The notes under the pieces are model-generated. The model did no database searches. It was not told where the DNA came from and saw nothing but the letters and a program-made list of their open reading frames with translations. DNA of 64,000 nt from positions 36,590,304 through 36,654,303 of the forward strand of contig NC_092671.1 in assembly GCF_964355755.1 (NCBI RefSeq), read 5' to 3'. Made by a program: the position numbers and the translations under genes. Source of the DNA: Antedon mediterranea. Lineage: Eukaryota > Animalia > Echinodermata. Below are positions 27,450 through 39,569 of the stretch, one piece after another. Each line of letters starts with the position of its first letter. Within the stretch, counting starts at the first letter, position 1.

Positions 27450-27967
27450 TCCTGAGTTTATCTTATTTTTCCAGGTTATTTTTGTTAACAAAAATTCTGT
27501 TTTTTTGCTGTTTTGTATTTTATATATTTTTTTTCATTAAATGTTTTGAGAAATTGATTTTGTAAACAATTGTTTCCAGTTGTTTCCTTTTAATTGTTGC
27601 AGTGCTTCCCGTTTAGGTATATTAAATTATTTTTCTGGCGCGTATTTTTGATTTGTCCTTTCACTACATATCTTCATTTTCCCCTTTGTTGTTTTAATTA
27701 AGGTGTTTCCTGGGTCCATGTTTACCGTTTGGTTGAAGGCTAAATCTAATGGTCACTGATGTGGGAAGGTCTTCCTAATTATTTAAGGGCTGTTTGACCA
27801 ATCTTAATAGCGGACACATTTCCTAAAGGAAGTTCTAAGTACCTTTGTTTGCATATATTTTTAAATTTGATTAGTGTCATGGGATGGTATAAAAACAACG
27901 TAAGTGTGGGTAATTTTTTCATTCGCTTACTGATTATCCAAGACTTATTACTGATATTTTTTTACAA

Positions 27968-28836
27968 TGGCTCATTACACATTCATCATCATCTTCCGAT
28001 TCTAACGATAGCTTGTTTATCAAATGCCAGAGAGCAGTTGAAGCTATCGTTAGTTTATCGCGGAATAATGTCGAAAATATCGATACCGACGATGTTATCC
28101 CCGATATTGGACTACTAGAAGATTTTGTATTTAATGACCAGGATCTTGATTTGGATGTTAGCCAGAGTGTTTCTGAAGCCGATAGCCTCTCACTTTCGGA
28201 TATTTGTAATAATGCTATTGAGATAGTGCAGGAGCTATCGGCTAATTTGCGTATTGATGACGTAGAAGTAAGTGTTTGTTTATTTTATTTTTTACGTAAT
28301 ATTTATTTTACCGTGTATAATTCTTAAAAGTAGATTGTGTAACCGAACGTGTGTTTACAGCGTTTTACGGCTTCTTTGTGTTTCTTTCTAATTTATTTAT
28401 TTATTAAAAAAATTTTTTTTTTACCGTGTATATCTCATAAAGTATTAGTTTATGTAATTGGGGCATTTACAAAGTTTTTCTGCGTTTACGGTTTATACGC
28501 GTTTTCCTTTCTAATTTATCTATTTATTTTTTTTCTGTATAGTACGGTGTTGGTGCTCACACCAAATGTTTGAGTTTGAGAGGAAATGTCGAGATTAATG
28601 ATTCAGCGGAGTCTTCGATTATTGAGGTAACTATCGTTTTATTTTCTTTACTACTGTTGTTGTTGCTGTTGTACAACGTCTTTTATTTCTTTTTCTTTAC
28701 CGTTTTTCTCTGTTTGTTTTCAGCCTGCACCCATACAATACGGAAGGGGTGTTAATAGAAAGAGGCTCAGAATCGAAGACGGAGAAGAAGAAAAAGAAGA
28801 AGAAGAATTTGCCGATATTGTTACTGTTGAAGACAG
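27968..28836 (+). CDS. Spliced acidic protein fragment (exons ~27968-28267, 28543-28626, 28724-28836), possibly the N-terminal leader of a Polinton pPolB or other protein; truncated
   Basis: Two phase-0 GT-AG introns with strong pyrimidine tracts join ...RIDDVE|YGVGAH...SSIIE|PAPIQYGRGVNRKRLRIEDGEEEKEEEEF without stops; start codon unclear (ATG 27967 is out of frame by 1). Confidence 0.55.
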
Positions 28837-29286
28837 TATAGCATGGAATACATCGGCAAGCCGTTCGCTGTAGAACAAGTCAAGCATTTGCATAAACAAA
28901 CCAATTACTTTCCACGCTCTACCCAACACCTTCTCAATTCGGTCTTTATCCCCCTTACATTCCCTTACTGATATTCCTAGCCCAATATACAATATGCCAA
29001 AATAGAACATCACTGATTAGTAAAACATAAACATTCTATAGTACAAATATATCCTGCTTTACCCCAAAGAACCGAGTTTCCTCAAGCAGTACAGCCTTGT
29101 ATTTAACTTCTTAACTACGATAAACATGTCCACCCATTTAAGCTTTAGTCAAATACTACTGCCAGATACTTATTATTAACAATCTCTACTTCCTTTACTT
29201 TACTTTAATTAATGTATACTGTCAGACCAATTATGTTTTCGAAAATCAATCCTTATTTCTTTCGTTTTATTTATGTTTAGTTCAAG

Positions 29287-29303
29287 CAGGGAGTTGCTCC
29301 CTG
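29287..29303. mobile_element. 17-bp palindromic micro-insertion with 7-bp TSD
   Basis: GTTCAAG|CAGGGAGTTGCTCCCTG|GTTCAAG; other array copies lack the insert and the duplication. Confidence 0.85.
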
Positions 29304-30161
29304 GTTCAAGAAAATAAAAAATATGATTTATCTACCGATAGGATTGGGCCGATTAGAATGCATTTGCCAACATTCTTTAACATATTTCACAACATTATAG
29401 AGTTTAGGTAATTTAACCGATTGTAATGTAGTATTTAGGATATTTTAATATCGATTGTACTGTAGTATTTAGGATGTTTTAAACGATTGTATTGTAGTAT
29501 TTAAGATTTTCTAATTTCGAATCCGATTGTACTAAAATTTAAAGTGTGTTTAAATCCAGATAGGAATAACATAGGCCTTGTATTTTATATGCTTTAATTT
29601 TGATTATACTGTAGTGTTTAGTTTAGTTTTTATATATAATAAGTAAGTATACCTACTTATATAGTTTTTATTTATTCATAGGAATCACCTTTATATCGGT
29701 GTCACACATCAGTTAATGGTGCATCCAATTTACAAACAGAATTACAAATAACATAAGCCACAAAGTTCTAAATACTAACACATAACATCAAAACAAAATG
29801 TAAACTAATTAATTAATTAGATATGTATGAAAATACATAATACGTAAATTGTACAATAACTACAAAAATAAAAACAGAACAACAAAAATACAGGATAGGC
29901 CTAATAAATAAATAAAACTCTCAGATACATCCTCATAGAGATGTCTGTAGCTTGTTTACTATATTAATCAATTAGTTGAGAGAGGTAATGCTGATAACAT
30001 CTAGTAACCCATGCTTTCATTAAATATTTTTTACAATAAAAATCAAAGATTTTTCCAAATGTTTCATTTTCAGTGAATAAATTGTCTAGCATAAAGTGGT
30101 GTTTTAATTCCTGAGGTCCACAATTACAATTATCCCAGTACATACTTAATTATTGTCTAAC

Positions 30162-30179
30162 CATGGAGTTTACTCCATG
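30162..30179. mobile_element. 18-bp palindromic micro-insertion with 7-bp TSD
   Basis: GTCTAAC|CATGGAGTTTACTCCATG|GTCTAAC; empty site in other copies. Confidence 0.85.
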
Positions 30180-33136
30180 GTCTAACAGAGTTTAATGAAG
30201 GACACTTAAATAAAAAATGGTTTACTGTTTCTTTTTCGTTAGTACTACACATCTTACATAATCCTGTGTTATGATTTGACCAGGATTGTCTACGACCCTC
30301 AAGATCTAGAGAGTTTGATCTTGCTTTAAATTTTAAATTGATTCTCTTAAAATTAATTTTATCTAACAAATATTATTCAAGGTTTGGTTCCTTTATAGGC
30401 CTACATAGTATATTCCGTTAACGTTGTTTTGCATGAAATTTCGTTTTGCTTTGGGCCTTTGAAAACCACTCGTTATGATCAACTTGTTTATTATTTTTTC
30501 TAAATGGCTTTATCCAGTTAGTAGATGCATGGTTCATTAAATTTGTCTATAAAATTTGTTTTATTTAAAATATCTTTAGTTAGTATAGTAATATTGTTGG
30601 CATTGCCTAACACAGTTACCTAATAATAACATGCCTTATAAAAAGTACATGCATTGCTAGGTTTGATGTTTTGTATTGTTCCTTGTAGTTTGTACTGTAG
30701 GTTACATAACAGAACAATTGTATTGTCTTCCCATTCAATAGACACCCTTCTCTACATAAAACATAATACAACACACCCCTATCATAATAATGGTATAGTC
30801 CATATAAGTCAAGGTGGCCGAAAACGGATTATGGAATTTATGTTTAACCATAATTATTTCTCCGATATAGAATATAGTATGGATTTTGTTATAGTTTGGT
30901 ATAGTAGGCCCTATTTTAGTGATCATGCGTACCTGTAGTGTGCCTTCTCCAGTTTGTCGTGTCTAAAAAAACATTAATTTAAATTTCTATTTATTTTGAA
31001 CGCCCAAAAAAGAGCCAGGGAAGTCTAATTACCTTTATTTTTTACCTCCGCCAAGAAGGAGGTATCGTTACCCATGTTATGATATTTTACTTCGGACGGC
31101 TGGTACCATTTATATTTTAATGATTAATCGATTTTAATCTTATTCTTGTGCTGTCTGCCCCCAAAATTCTTATCCTTTTTTAATTACTATATATGATTAT
31201 TTAGCATTTGTTTTCTTTGTTAATGTCATGTGACAAGCAAAAGTCAAATTTCAAAGTTCATAAAACCAAATAAACGGCCGGGCAGTTACCGCACTCTATC
31301 ATTTTTCCAATCAAGGATATAATAGGACTCAACAATGATTCAGCAATTAAAGACGTATATACGTTGTTAGATTTGAGAGAGATTGTTCTAGGCCTAGCCA
31401 GGAAAAGTATGCCACCACTGATATATTGAAAAGAATACTCATAATCTCTCTGGTGGACACAATGAGCCATAAAAGAATTTCGGTTGAGCATCCAGGACGG
31501 TGACGACACAGACATAAATTTTTCTTATGGATGGTTTAATGTGTCACGTGGGGTTGAAAGCTATACAATCAACGGAAACCATTGTATAACTGTCTCATGA
31601 GTATATTGCAAATAAATTGGCCCATCATCTGAATATCTACTGTTCCAAAAAGTACTTTTTTTTCCTTAACTTAAAATATTTAAAAAACATATGTATACAG
31701 AATAAAAACATGTTTTGCATGGTCCTGTTTTTTTAAATCAATAGATTAAAAAACATTGCATAAATGGTAATAATAATATAATAATAATAATAATAATAAC
31801 AACTTTATTTAAAAACGGATGCAACACTTGAATCACCATATTGGTGTTTTTCACAAGGCCGTTACTTACTACAAAACTATTTATACTATTACACAAGTTA
31901 TCAATTCATATGAATCTCTTGGTGCAAATTTTGCAACCAAACAGTGATTTTTAATATGTACCTATTGAGCTGTTTATCTACTTATAAGTTCATACCAAGT
32001 TCATGCAACCCAAGTCTTGTCATCGTCCATTATATTGGGGGGTCAACCAATATGAATACAACTAATTTCCACAATGATTGATTATATTTTTTAACCAAAG
32101 AAATTAAAATGACATAAACTAGTATAGTATGAACATTTCCAGACTTTGTAATAATTACCATCTATTCATTAAACAAACCAAGTCACAGAAAGATAAACAT
32201 AACCATTACCCGAATGAAAATGGTAGATCCCAGCTCGCTATCATTAAAACATAGGTGTCTTAATTTGGCAATTGTGAATATAAAACACGACATATTGAAC
32301 TAAATAACACCTAACAATTGTTCCTTATATATCAAACATTAGAATGATATAACAATTAAAATGCTACTTACAATTATATAATGAAAAAATTAACCCCAAA
32401 CTTAGCTACAATCCAACGGTCTGTCAAGTGAAGACTTCATAACACAGGCAAACCCTATTTGAATTTTTCCGCCTTTTTTTAGCATTTTTTAGATTTTTTC
32501 AAAATAGATTTTGCTATTTTGACACAGTCTATTTTAAGCCAATGCTCATAAGATAAGTATGTAAGGAATCTATGAATATTCAGCTTTCTTTTAAGAAACT
32601 ATCCAAAATGATTGATGGCCTACAAGTGATTTTAAATTGCAAATAAAACACTGTGGTGCTTTAGAAAATAGGTAAAAAATTGACCTCACACTGTCAGCGG
32701 GCAATGGATGGTGAGTTTTAAAACGTAAAATGACACATACTTTTTGTAACTTTACAATTTCAAACATATATCATAATGTTCAGTATTGTCTACAGTTTAT
32801 TTTGAGCTACTATCCAAAAAAATCCGATTTATAATAGCCGAGATATTTAGGTGGGAACATGAAAATCAAGTGTTTTGTAGAATATCACGATGCGAAATCA
32901 GTGGTATCCATGTCCCAGTGGAGTGTGTTGGGGCAATTTAGCTATTTCGTTGCTCAAGAGATTCATATGCAGTACAAAAACAACAACAACAACAACAAAA
33001 AAAAAAATGAAAAAATATAGATATTAAACTAAACTCTCGAAATCACAATATAAAGACAAACAATATTTACAATTTTCGACAAATTTTTTCATCTGGTTTT
33101 TATATAACTATCTGTGTATAATTCTTTACGTTAAAC

Positions 33137-33254
33137 CAGGGAGTTGTTACTGGTTAAACCATTCATGAATACGTACGTGTAGGCCTACTCTACAACTTAC
33201 AAAGCTAGCTACATACTCCTAGCATGGAGAAATTTCCTAACTTATTTCGCCATG
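33137..33254. mobile_element. Two adjacent micro-insertions (33137-33152 and 33223-33254) of the same footprint class
   Basis: GTTAAAC|CAGGGAGTTGTTACTG|GTTAAAC and CTCCTAG|CATGGAGAAAT...TTATTTCGCCATG|CTCCTGC. Confidence 0.65.
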
Positions 33255-35082
33255 CTCCTGCAACCATTAACATCTATTGCCAGATGAAGATTTTGTTGAA
33301 ACCAAGTCGATACGTCGAACACGTCCGTACGTAGGGCCTATTCATGAATGTATTTTGCCATGTTTAAAAAAAGGAGTGAAAATTAAAGGAATAATTATGG
33401 TAATTGTTCAAAACAAGGATATCAAATATAGTAGCCTAGTTCCTAGCAATAAAGTAGTCTAAAAAGAAAATTTCAAAAACGAATCCAAAATACAATTAAT
33501 AAATTGTAAAATAGTGAGGATTTACTTTGAAAAGAATTTGTTTCATAATTTGATTCTTTATAATATTATATATAATTATGACTATGATCCAAACAACTGT
33601 GCTACAACAATGTGAATCAACATTTGTTGTCATTCAATCGGTAATTAATAGTAGAATATGTGTAGAGAGAATATCACAGTTTGAAAATGTTTAAAATTTG
33701 GGCAACAAAGTGTAAAGCTATGTCTACAACATCTAACTTTCTGTGACCAAAAAATGTAATGTGCCCATATTTGACGTTTTGAGCATTTCGAAAAAAATTG
33801 TTAATATAAAAACACCAAAGTGCTTAGAATGGCTTCAAATCGCATTTAGAGATTGAACACAATGACGTCATATCACTACCATATTTGGGCACATCGCACT
33901 TTTTTTTTGTCAAATAATTTGATAGTTTAGACATAGCTTCAGCAAATGGAATAAATTCAAGAAAAGAAAAAAAAACGGACAGTATGGATAGAAGGTGCTC
34001 AGTTTTCGCCGAATGCCATTTCGTCGGCAGACATTTTGCCGACCGGGAATAGAGAACGGTTTGTTCTACTATAAAACTTTCATTATTCTGAGTTGAGTTG
34101 GTAATTAAAATCCACGCTTGCATACAAGAGAGATAAACATAGGTTGTTTTGTGTCTTGCTTAAGAACTTACTAAGAACCCGAGTTTTTGTGGTCATATCA
34201 GTGGTAAGTTTTTGCGCCAGTGTATATATAGAGGGCAGCATATTACTAAATACGCCTGTCTTGTTTCATTTTGAACTGAATGTTAGTATTTTTTATTCGA
34301 TTTAAACATTCATCACTAGATTTTACGCGACGGTAGTTTCAATATATAAACAAATATAATGGCCAACTAAAACAAAAATGCTAAAATTGTAAAACTATAT
34401 TTTTATCAGGGAGATGTAGGCCTATTTATATTTTTAAAAAACTGGTTTATAAACCGACTGTGTTTTTCATGTTGACACATGCTGATTAGATGAACAAAGC
34501 TTTATTGCTACTTTGTCCTTGTAATTGTTTAGATGGGAACTGGTTGATTTTTGAATTATTCTAAATAAGTAATAATAATATTACTGCATTGTACTATACT
34601 CAACACACAGCTCAGACTAAATAAAACTTTGAAAGTTAGATTTAATATCTTTGAAACTATATAGCGCCACCAACTAACCTTTTAGACTCTTCGAAACTCA
34701 AAATAGTAATGCATAATACTAAAATTACAATTAAATGATTTCACATTGATTAAAAACTTTTCTTCAAATAGTTAATACGTTTTTTAGTAATTGTATTAGA
34801 TACACTTATAATAAATGTAACTATATTTAGGAATACAGATTACCAAAAATGTAAATTTGATTTTATTCCCCTAAAAATAATAATCGACGATGCGAACTGC
34901 TACATGACCTACATGTGCAATGATTCCATTCAAGCGTGGCGGCGAAACGGCAATACAGATGTTTTTGGAACATTCTCTATAGGCCTAGGCAAAATAACAG
35001 AATAAATAGCATTTCTGGAGTTAGATGACAGTGTTCTTTCAATTAGATTATAGTTTACAAAAGTATGCATATTTAGAAAACC

Positions 35083-35246
35083 ATGGATAGCGCTGACGAA
35101 GGCGCAAAAATGTCTGTTGCCAATGCTAACTGTTCGTCTGACAGTTCTTGTTCGGACGATTCGGATTCTACCAGTACCGCAGACGAAGAACGATTGAGGC
35201 GTTTATTTGATACCTGTGACAGTGATGGTGATGGGTTTATTGATGG
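35083..35246 (+). CDS. MCC: MCC (colorectal mutant cancer protein) coding exon 1, EF-hand isoform
   Basis: ACCATGG Kozak; Ser-rich leader then STSTADEERLRRLFDTCDSDGDGFIDG (EF-hand, recalled human EEERMRRLFQTCDGDGDGYIS); phase-2 GTAAGC donor; too short for the ORF track. Confidence 0.92.
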
Positions 35247-36642
35247 GTAAGCATGTACCTGTTATAGTAAATTCAATTAAATCACGATATATCTATACCT
35301 ATGCCTAATTGCTTGTTACATAAACTGGTTACATTATCACCCATCCTGTTATTTCTATGCTTTTTCAAAATTTGTTTGTATGTATACAGTATTATATCAT
35401 ATGAAATATAATAATTAATATTGTGGATCAATAATAAATTTGAGATACGATTCTGTACTTAAATTTAGGGTGCCAGAATGTATGCTTCATTTTCCCCAAA
35501 AAATGTAGAAACTATAGAGGCCAGTGTTATAAAATCCGATTACACATATAATAGGCCTAGGCCTAGGCCTATTTAGTTTTGAAAGGCAAGAAATATTTTC
35601 AGCTGGCGAAATAGAGGTTTAATTAATATTTCATTATTAATAATATTAGTATTATTATTCATATTAATAGGTCCTATCAATGTTTTATGTACAGACTCAT
35701 ATCGTCGTACAGCTAGCTGGTTCTTTATAAAAACCACTCTTTGCAGTTTAAAAATAAAAACAGAAAATAAAACATACATTGATTTCTGGCAATTTTCTGA
35801 TTCTAAAATGGCCACAGTTCGATCGAGGTATTCGCGGAATTGGAGCTGTTTTGAAAGGCATTTTTTATTGTGATAAAGATAATATAACGGTGGCTAAATC
35901 ATGGTAACATGTTACATAATGGGCCAAAATTGTATGATGTGGGTGTGAAAAAAAAATAATTAAGTGAGAAATCGAAGATTTAACAGTGTGGTTTGAAACT
36001 GCAGTAGCGCCAAATTTAGTAGGTCTAGGCTACTTTATAGTTAGGCCTACTACTACTAGGCCTAGGGCATATGTTTCAAAATACTGTAGTCCGTACCATG
36101 TGTTTTTCCACGAGCCACCCAATGTTAACATTTTTGTTTTGTATTTATATATTTAATATGCATCATAAATATGAAGGTATTCCATTAATACAATTTTTAA
36201 TTAACCAGCTTTTCTTCACCATAAAAACTGCAGGATCCAAGGTACATAAATCCCATCATACTGGCACGGTGCATCCAAATTCACTTAGTTAATATAAAAG
36301 TGGAAATTAAATGCAACACTGTGAATTAAAGTGACCCAGCATCCAGAAAGTTAGACCTCACATTGTTTAACGAAATACTTTTTGCTAACAAGATAACAAC
36401 TGGTTGATTGGCATATCTGAAGTGTCAATCATCTTTAAACATAGACAACTCAAAATCTACTACAGTACAATCGGACTATTCCTGATTCATACTGTGTGTA
36501 CTGTAGCGTTATAGTATGTACAGTATTAAATATTATTATTATTCTTTATACTGGGTAGCCTCTTCAGTCAAAGACTGTTCTCCCAAAGGGCCTAGTGTAT
36601 TGTAGTAGTAGTACTACTGTACAGTGTACAGAGTTTTTAACA

Positions 36643-36868
36643 GGAGTGGAGCTGTGGCTTGGTGGTTATGATGCTTGGCTACCAATCTAAGGGTCCTAGG
36701 TTCAAGTCTTGTCATATGTCAGGGTTTTTTTTCTCATGACAATTTACACACCCAAAGACTTAATAATAAGTCTTTGTTTATGTAGAGCATCTTGTGTATA
36801 TGTTTGTCTTGTGAAATTTTAAATATTTTATCCATCCTGTAAATGGCGGGTTACTCGCTGTTGGATGG

Positions 36869-36903
<35 letters not shown>
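36643..36903 (+). mobile_element. Full-length tRNA-derived SINE
   Basis: A-box TGGCTTGGTGGT, B-box GGTTCAAGTC, poly(A) tail; related copies at 25736, 50714, 61493. Confidence 0.85.
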
Positions 36904-36905
<2 letters not shown>

Positions 36906-36925
36906 AGTATCCCGGGGTAACCCCT

Positions 36926-38844
36926 TGTTGAACCCACAAATGTGAAAACGCCCACAAATGTGAAAACAACCACAAATGTGAAAACGCATCACCCACAAAT
37001 GTGAAAACAACCACAAATGTGAAAACGCATCACCCACAAATGTGAAAACAACCACAAATGTGAAAACGCATCAACCACAAATGTGAAAACAGCGCCCACA
37101 AATGTGAAAACGATCATCGCCCACAAATGTGATAACGCCCACAAATGTAAAGAAAAGAGAGACTTTTTCGCCCACAAATGTAAAAAAAATCAGATCAAAT
37201 TTAATGCTAGATTCAGACAAACATTATATCATGATTGTATTGAGTTGTTTGTTCACGATACGTCTGTAAGGGTCGTCGTTAACACGTTGGATTATTATCA
37301 TTTGCTGCTCATGCGCGCGATATTTGCACGTTAACTCGTTTGTTTAATGAACGTAATAGTTCAAGAAAATATTTGTTATTTGCTGCGCGCGTGCACCATA
37401 CTTCAAGGTCAAGGCCATGTTATATCATTGTTGCTTCTAGTGTGTGGTTGTTGGCTTACTATTATGTACGTATAGTTATAAGTCGATGTTCGTTATTTTT
37501 TTTTGCGCGCTCACACGATACAACAAGGTCAAGGTTAAATTGCTACTTGTATGTAGTGTGTGGTTATTAACTCGTTGGCTTTCTGTTATGAACGTATAGT
37601 TCCAAGTCGATGCTCGATTCGATGTTTTTGGGCGTGTACACGATACCACAAGGTCAAGGTCATATATACTATTGCTACTTGTAAGTGTTAACTCGTTGGC
37701 TTATTGTTATGTACGTATAATTCCAAGTCGATGGTCGATTCGATGTTTTTTGTGCGCGTGCACGATACTACAAGGTCATATATCATTGCTGCTTGAAGTG
37801 CAGTTGGGTTTACTATATTAGTATTATGTACGTATTATAGCTCCAAGTCGATGCTCGGTGTACACGATACTACAAGATCAATGCTATACTCGTCGTTCAG
37901 TTATTGACCTTGTAGTATCGTGCAGTTATTGACCTTGTAGTATCGTGCACGCCCGCAAAACATCGAACTTCGACTTGAAACTATACGTTAACAACCACAC
38001 ACCACAAGTAGCAATGGTATACAAGTCATGACCTTTGTAGTATCGTGCACGCGAACAAAAAAACATCGAATCGAACATCGACTTGGAACTACACGAACAT
38101 AACAATAAGCCAACGAATTAACTCCACAAGTAGCAATAGTATATTATGAACTTGACCTTGTGGTATCGTGTACGCGCACAAAAACATCGAATCGAGCATC
38201 GACTTGAACTATACGTACATAACAGTATTAAGCCAACGAGTTAATAACCACACACTACATACAAGTAGCAATTTAACCTTGACCTTTTAGTATCGTGTGC
38301 ACACGCAAAAAAACATCGAACATCGACTTATAACTATACGTCCTATACGCGCGCAGCAAATAACAAATATTGTCTTGAACTATTACGTTCATTAAACAAA
38401 CGAGTTAACGTGCAAATATCGCGCGCATGAGCAGCAAATTATAATAATCCAACGCGTTAACCACGACCCTAACAGACGTATCGTGAACAAACAATTATTG
38501 AAACAACTCAATACAATCATGATATAATGTAGTACCTCGATCAAAATTGTTTGAGTCTAGCATTAAATTTGATCTGTTTTTTTTTTTACATTTGTGGCCG
38601 AAAAATTCTCATTTTTTTTTACATTTGTGGGCGTTATCACATTTGTGGGCGATGATCGTTTTCACATTTGTGGGCGCTGTTTATTACATTTGTGGTTGAT
38701 GCGTTTTCACATTTGTGGTTGTTTTCACATTTGTGGGTGATGCGTTTTGACATTTGTGGTTGTTTTCACATTTGTGGGTGATGCGTTTTCACATTTGTGG
38801 TTGTTTTCACATTTGTGGGCGTTTTTACATTTGTGGGTTCAACA
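36926..38844. mobile_element. 1.9 kb foldback (almost fully palindromic) non-autonomous DNA transposon, Ginger-like
   Basis: TGTTGAACCCACAAATGT...ACATTTGTGGGTTCAACA, 5-bp TSD CCCCT, subterminal CCACAAATGTGAAAAC arrays and internal ~120-bp repeats mirrored about ~37890. Confidence 0.88.
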
Positions 38845-39569
38845 CCCCTCCTAAACTATATACATAAAGTATAACGACTTGTTCAAATTTCATAAATAGC
38901 TATCAGGTTCTGCTGATTCTACTGTACTAAAGTATACACTACCATAATCATGTATCATAATGACACAATATAATTTTTATATTAAGTTTTATTTTTAAAT
39001 TCATAATGATTGAATCGGTAAATGATTATTATTAATTAATATAATTATTATTTTGAAATATTGTATGTTTGTCACTCATTATTTTTCCTTTCCTTCAGTT
39101 CTCCTTCAAAATACTGTAATCTCCTTATTTTGATATTCCACATCATATTATGATGATGATCATCTTTATAATCGCTTATGAGTGATTGTTGTTAAATCCT
39201 GGAGACTGTTTGTCGGTGTGTGAGTGATGATTTATGAATTAATGTCCAGTTGCACCAGCATTTCTGTTGTTGTCAAGTATGGTACTATATCAATAAAATG
39301 AATGCAAATTGATATTGCTGTACTGACGCAGGCAATTAATACGATAAGCCTATCCTAGGGTTTGAAATGACCGTAAACTCGGAATAGACTCGCAGTAACT
39401 AATGTTTAATCATTCTTTAAGCCACTATTTTGTAATTTAAATAATTGTATGTATACAGTAAAGATACCAAATGATATTGTTAATGTTACTACAATTCAAG
39501 TTACAAATACAGTAGAATTCTTATTGGAAGAAAGAGAGACACATTTAAGAACAAGAAGTGTCTCCTTAA

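Larger units (their letters stand above)
26070..28836 (+). mobile_element. Left arm of a probable Polinton/Maverick, truncated at 28836
   Basis: Starts AGTAGTAGT exactly where it departs from the empty paralogous site (31347); subterminal 51-bp tandem repeats; small ORFs and an acidic ORF with QYGRG motif; no core gene or right end present. Confidence 0.62.
2591..30827. repeat. Tandem array of a ~2.45 kb unit (5 complete plus 2 partial copies) bounded by ~40 bp outer inverted repeats
   Basis: Anchor CCACCTCGAC at 2601, 10331, 13381, 16287, 19140, 24682; spacing minus insertions is 2.35-2.48 kb; CCGTTTCCGGCCACCTCGACTCGTATGGACTATACCATTAT (2591) is inverted at 30786-30827. Confidence 0.92.

Noticed and set aside
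32418-33060. Possible DNA transposon beginning GGTCTGTCAAGTGAAG
   Set aside because: Looks repeat-like, but no matching inverted end or TSD was found by eye
34000-34210. Possible upstream non-coding MCC exon or promoter (CpG-rich patch, GTAAGT at 34204)
   Set aside because: No convincing acceptor before the MCC ATG; cannot be supported without transcripts
36643-36725. tRNA gene
   Set aside because: Has A and B boxes but no proper cloverleaf; continues into a shared body and poly(A) tail, so it is a SINE
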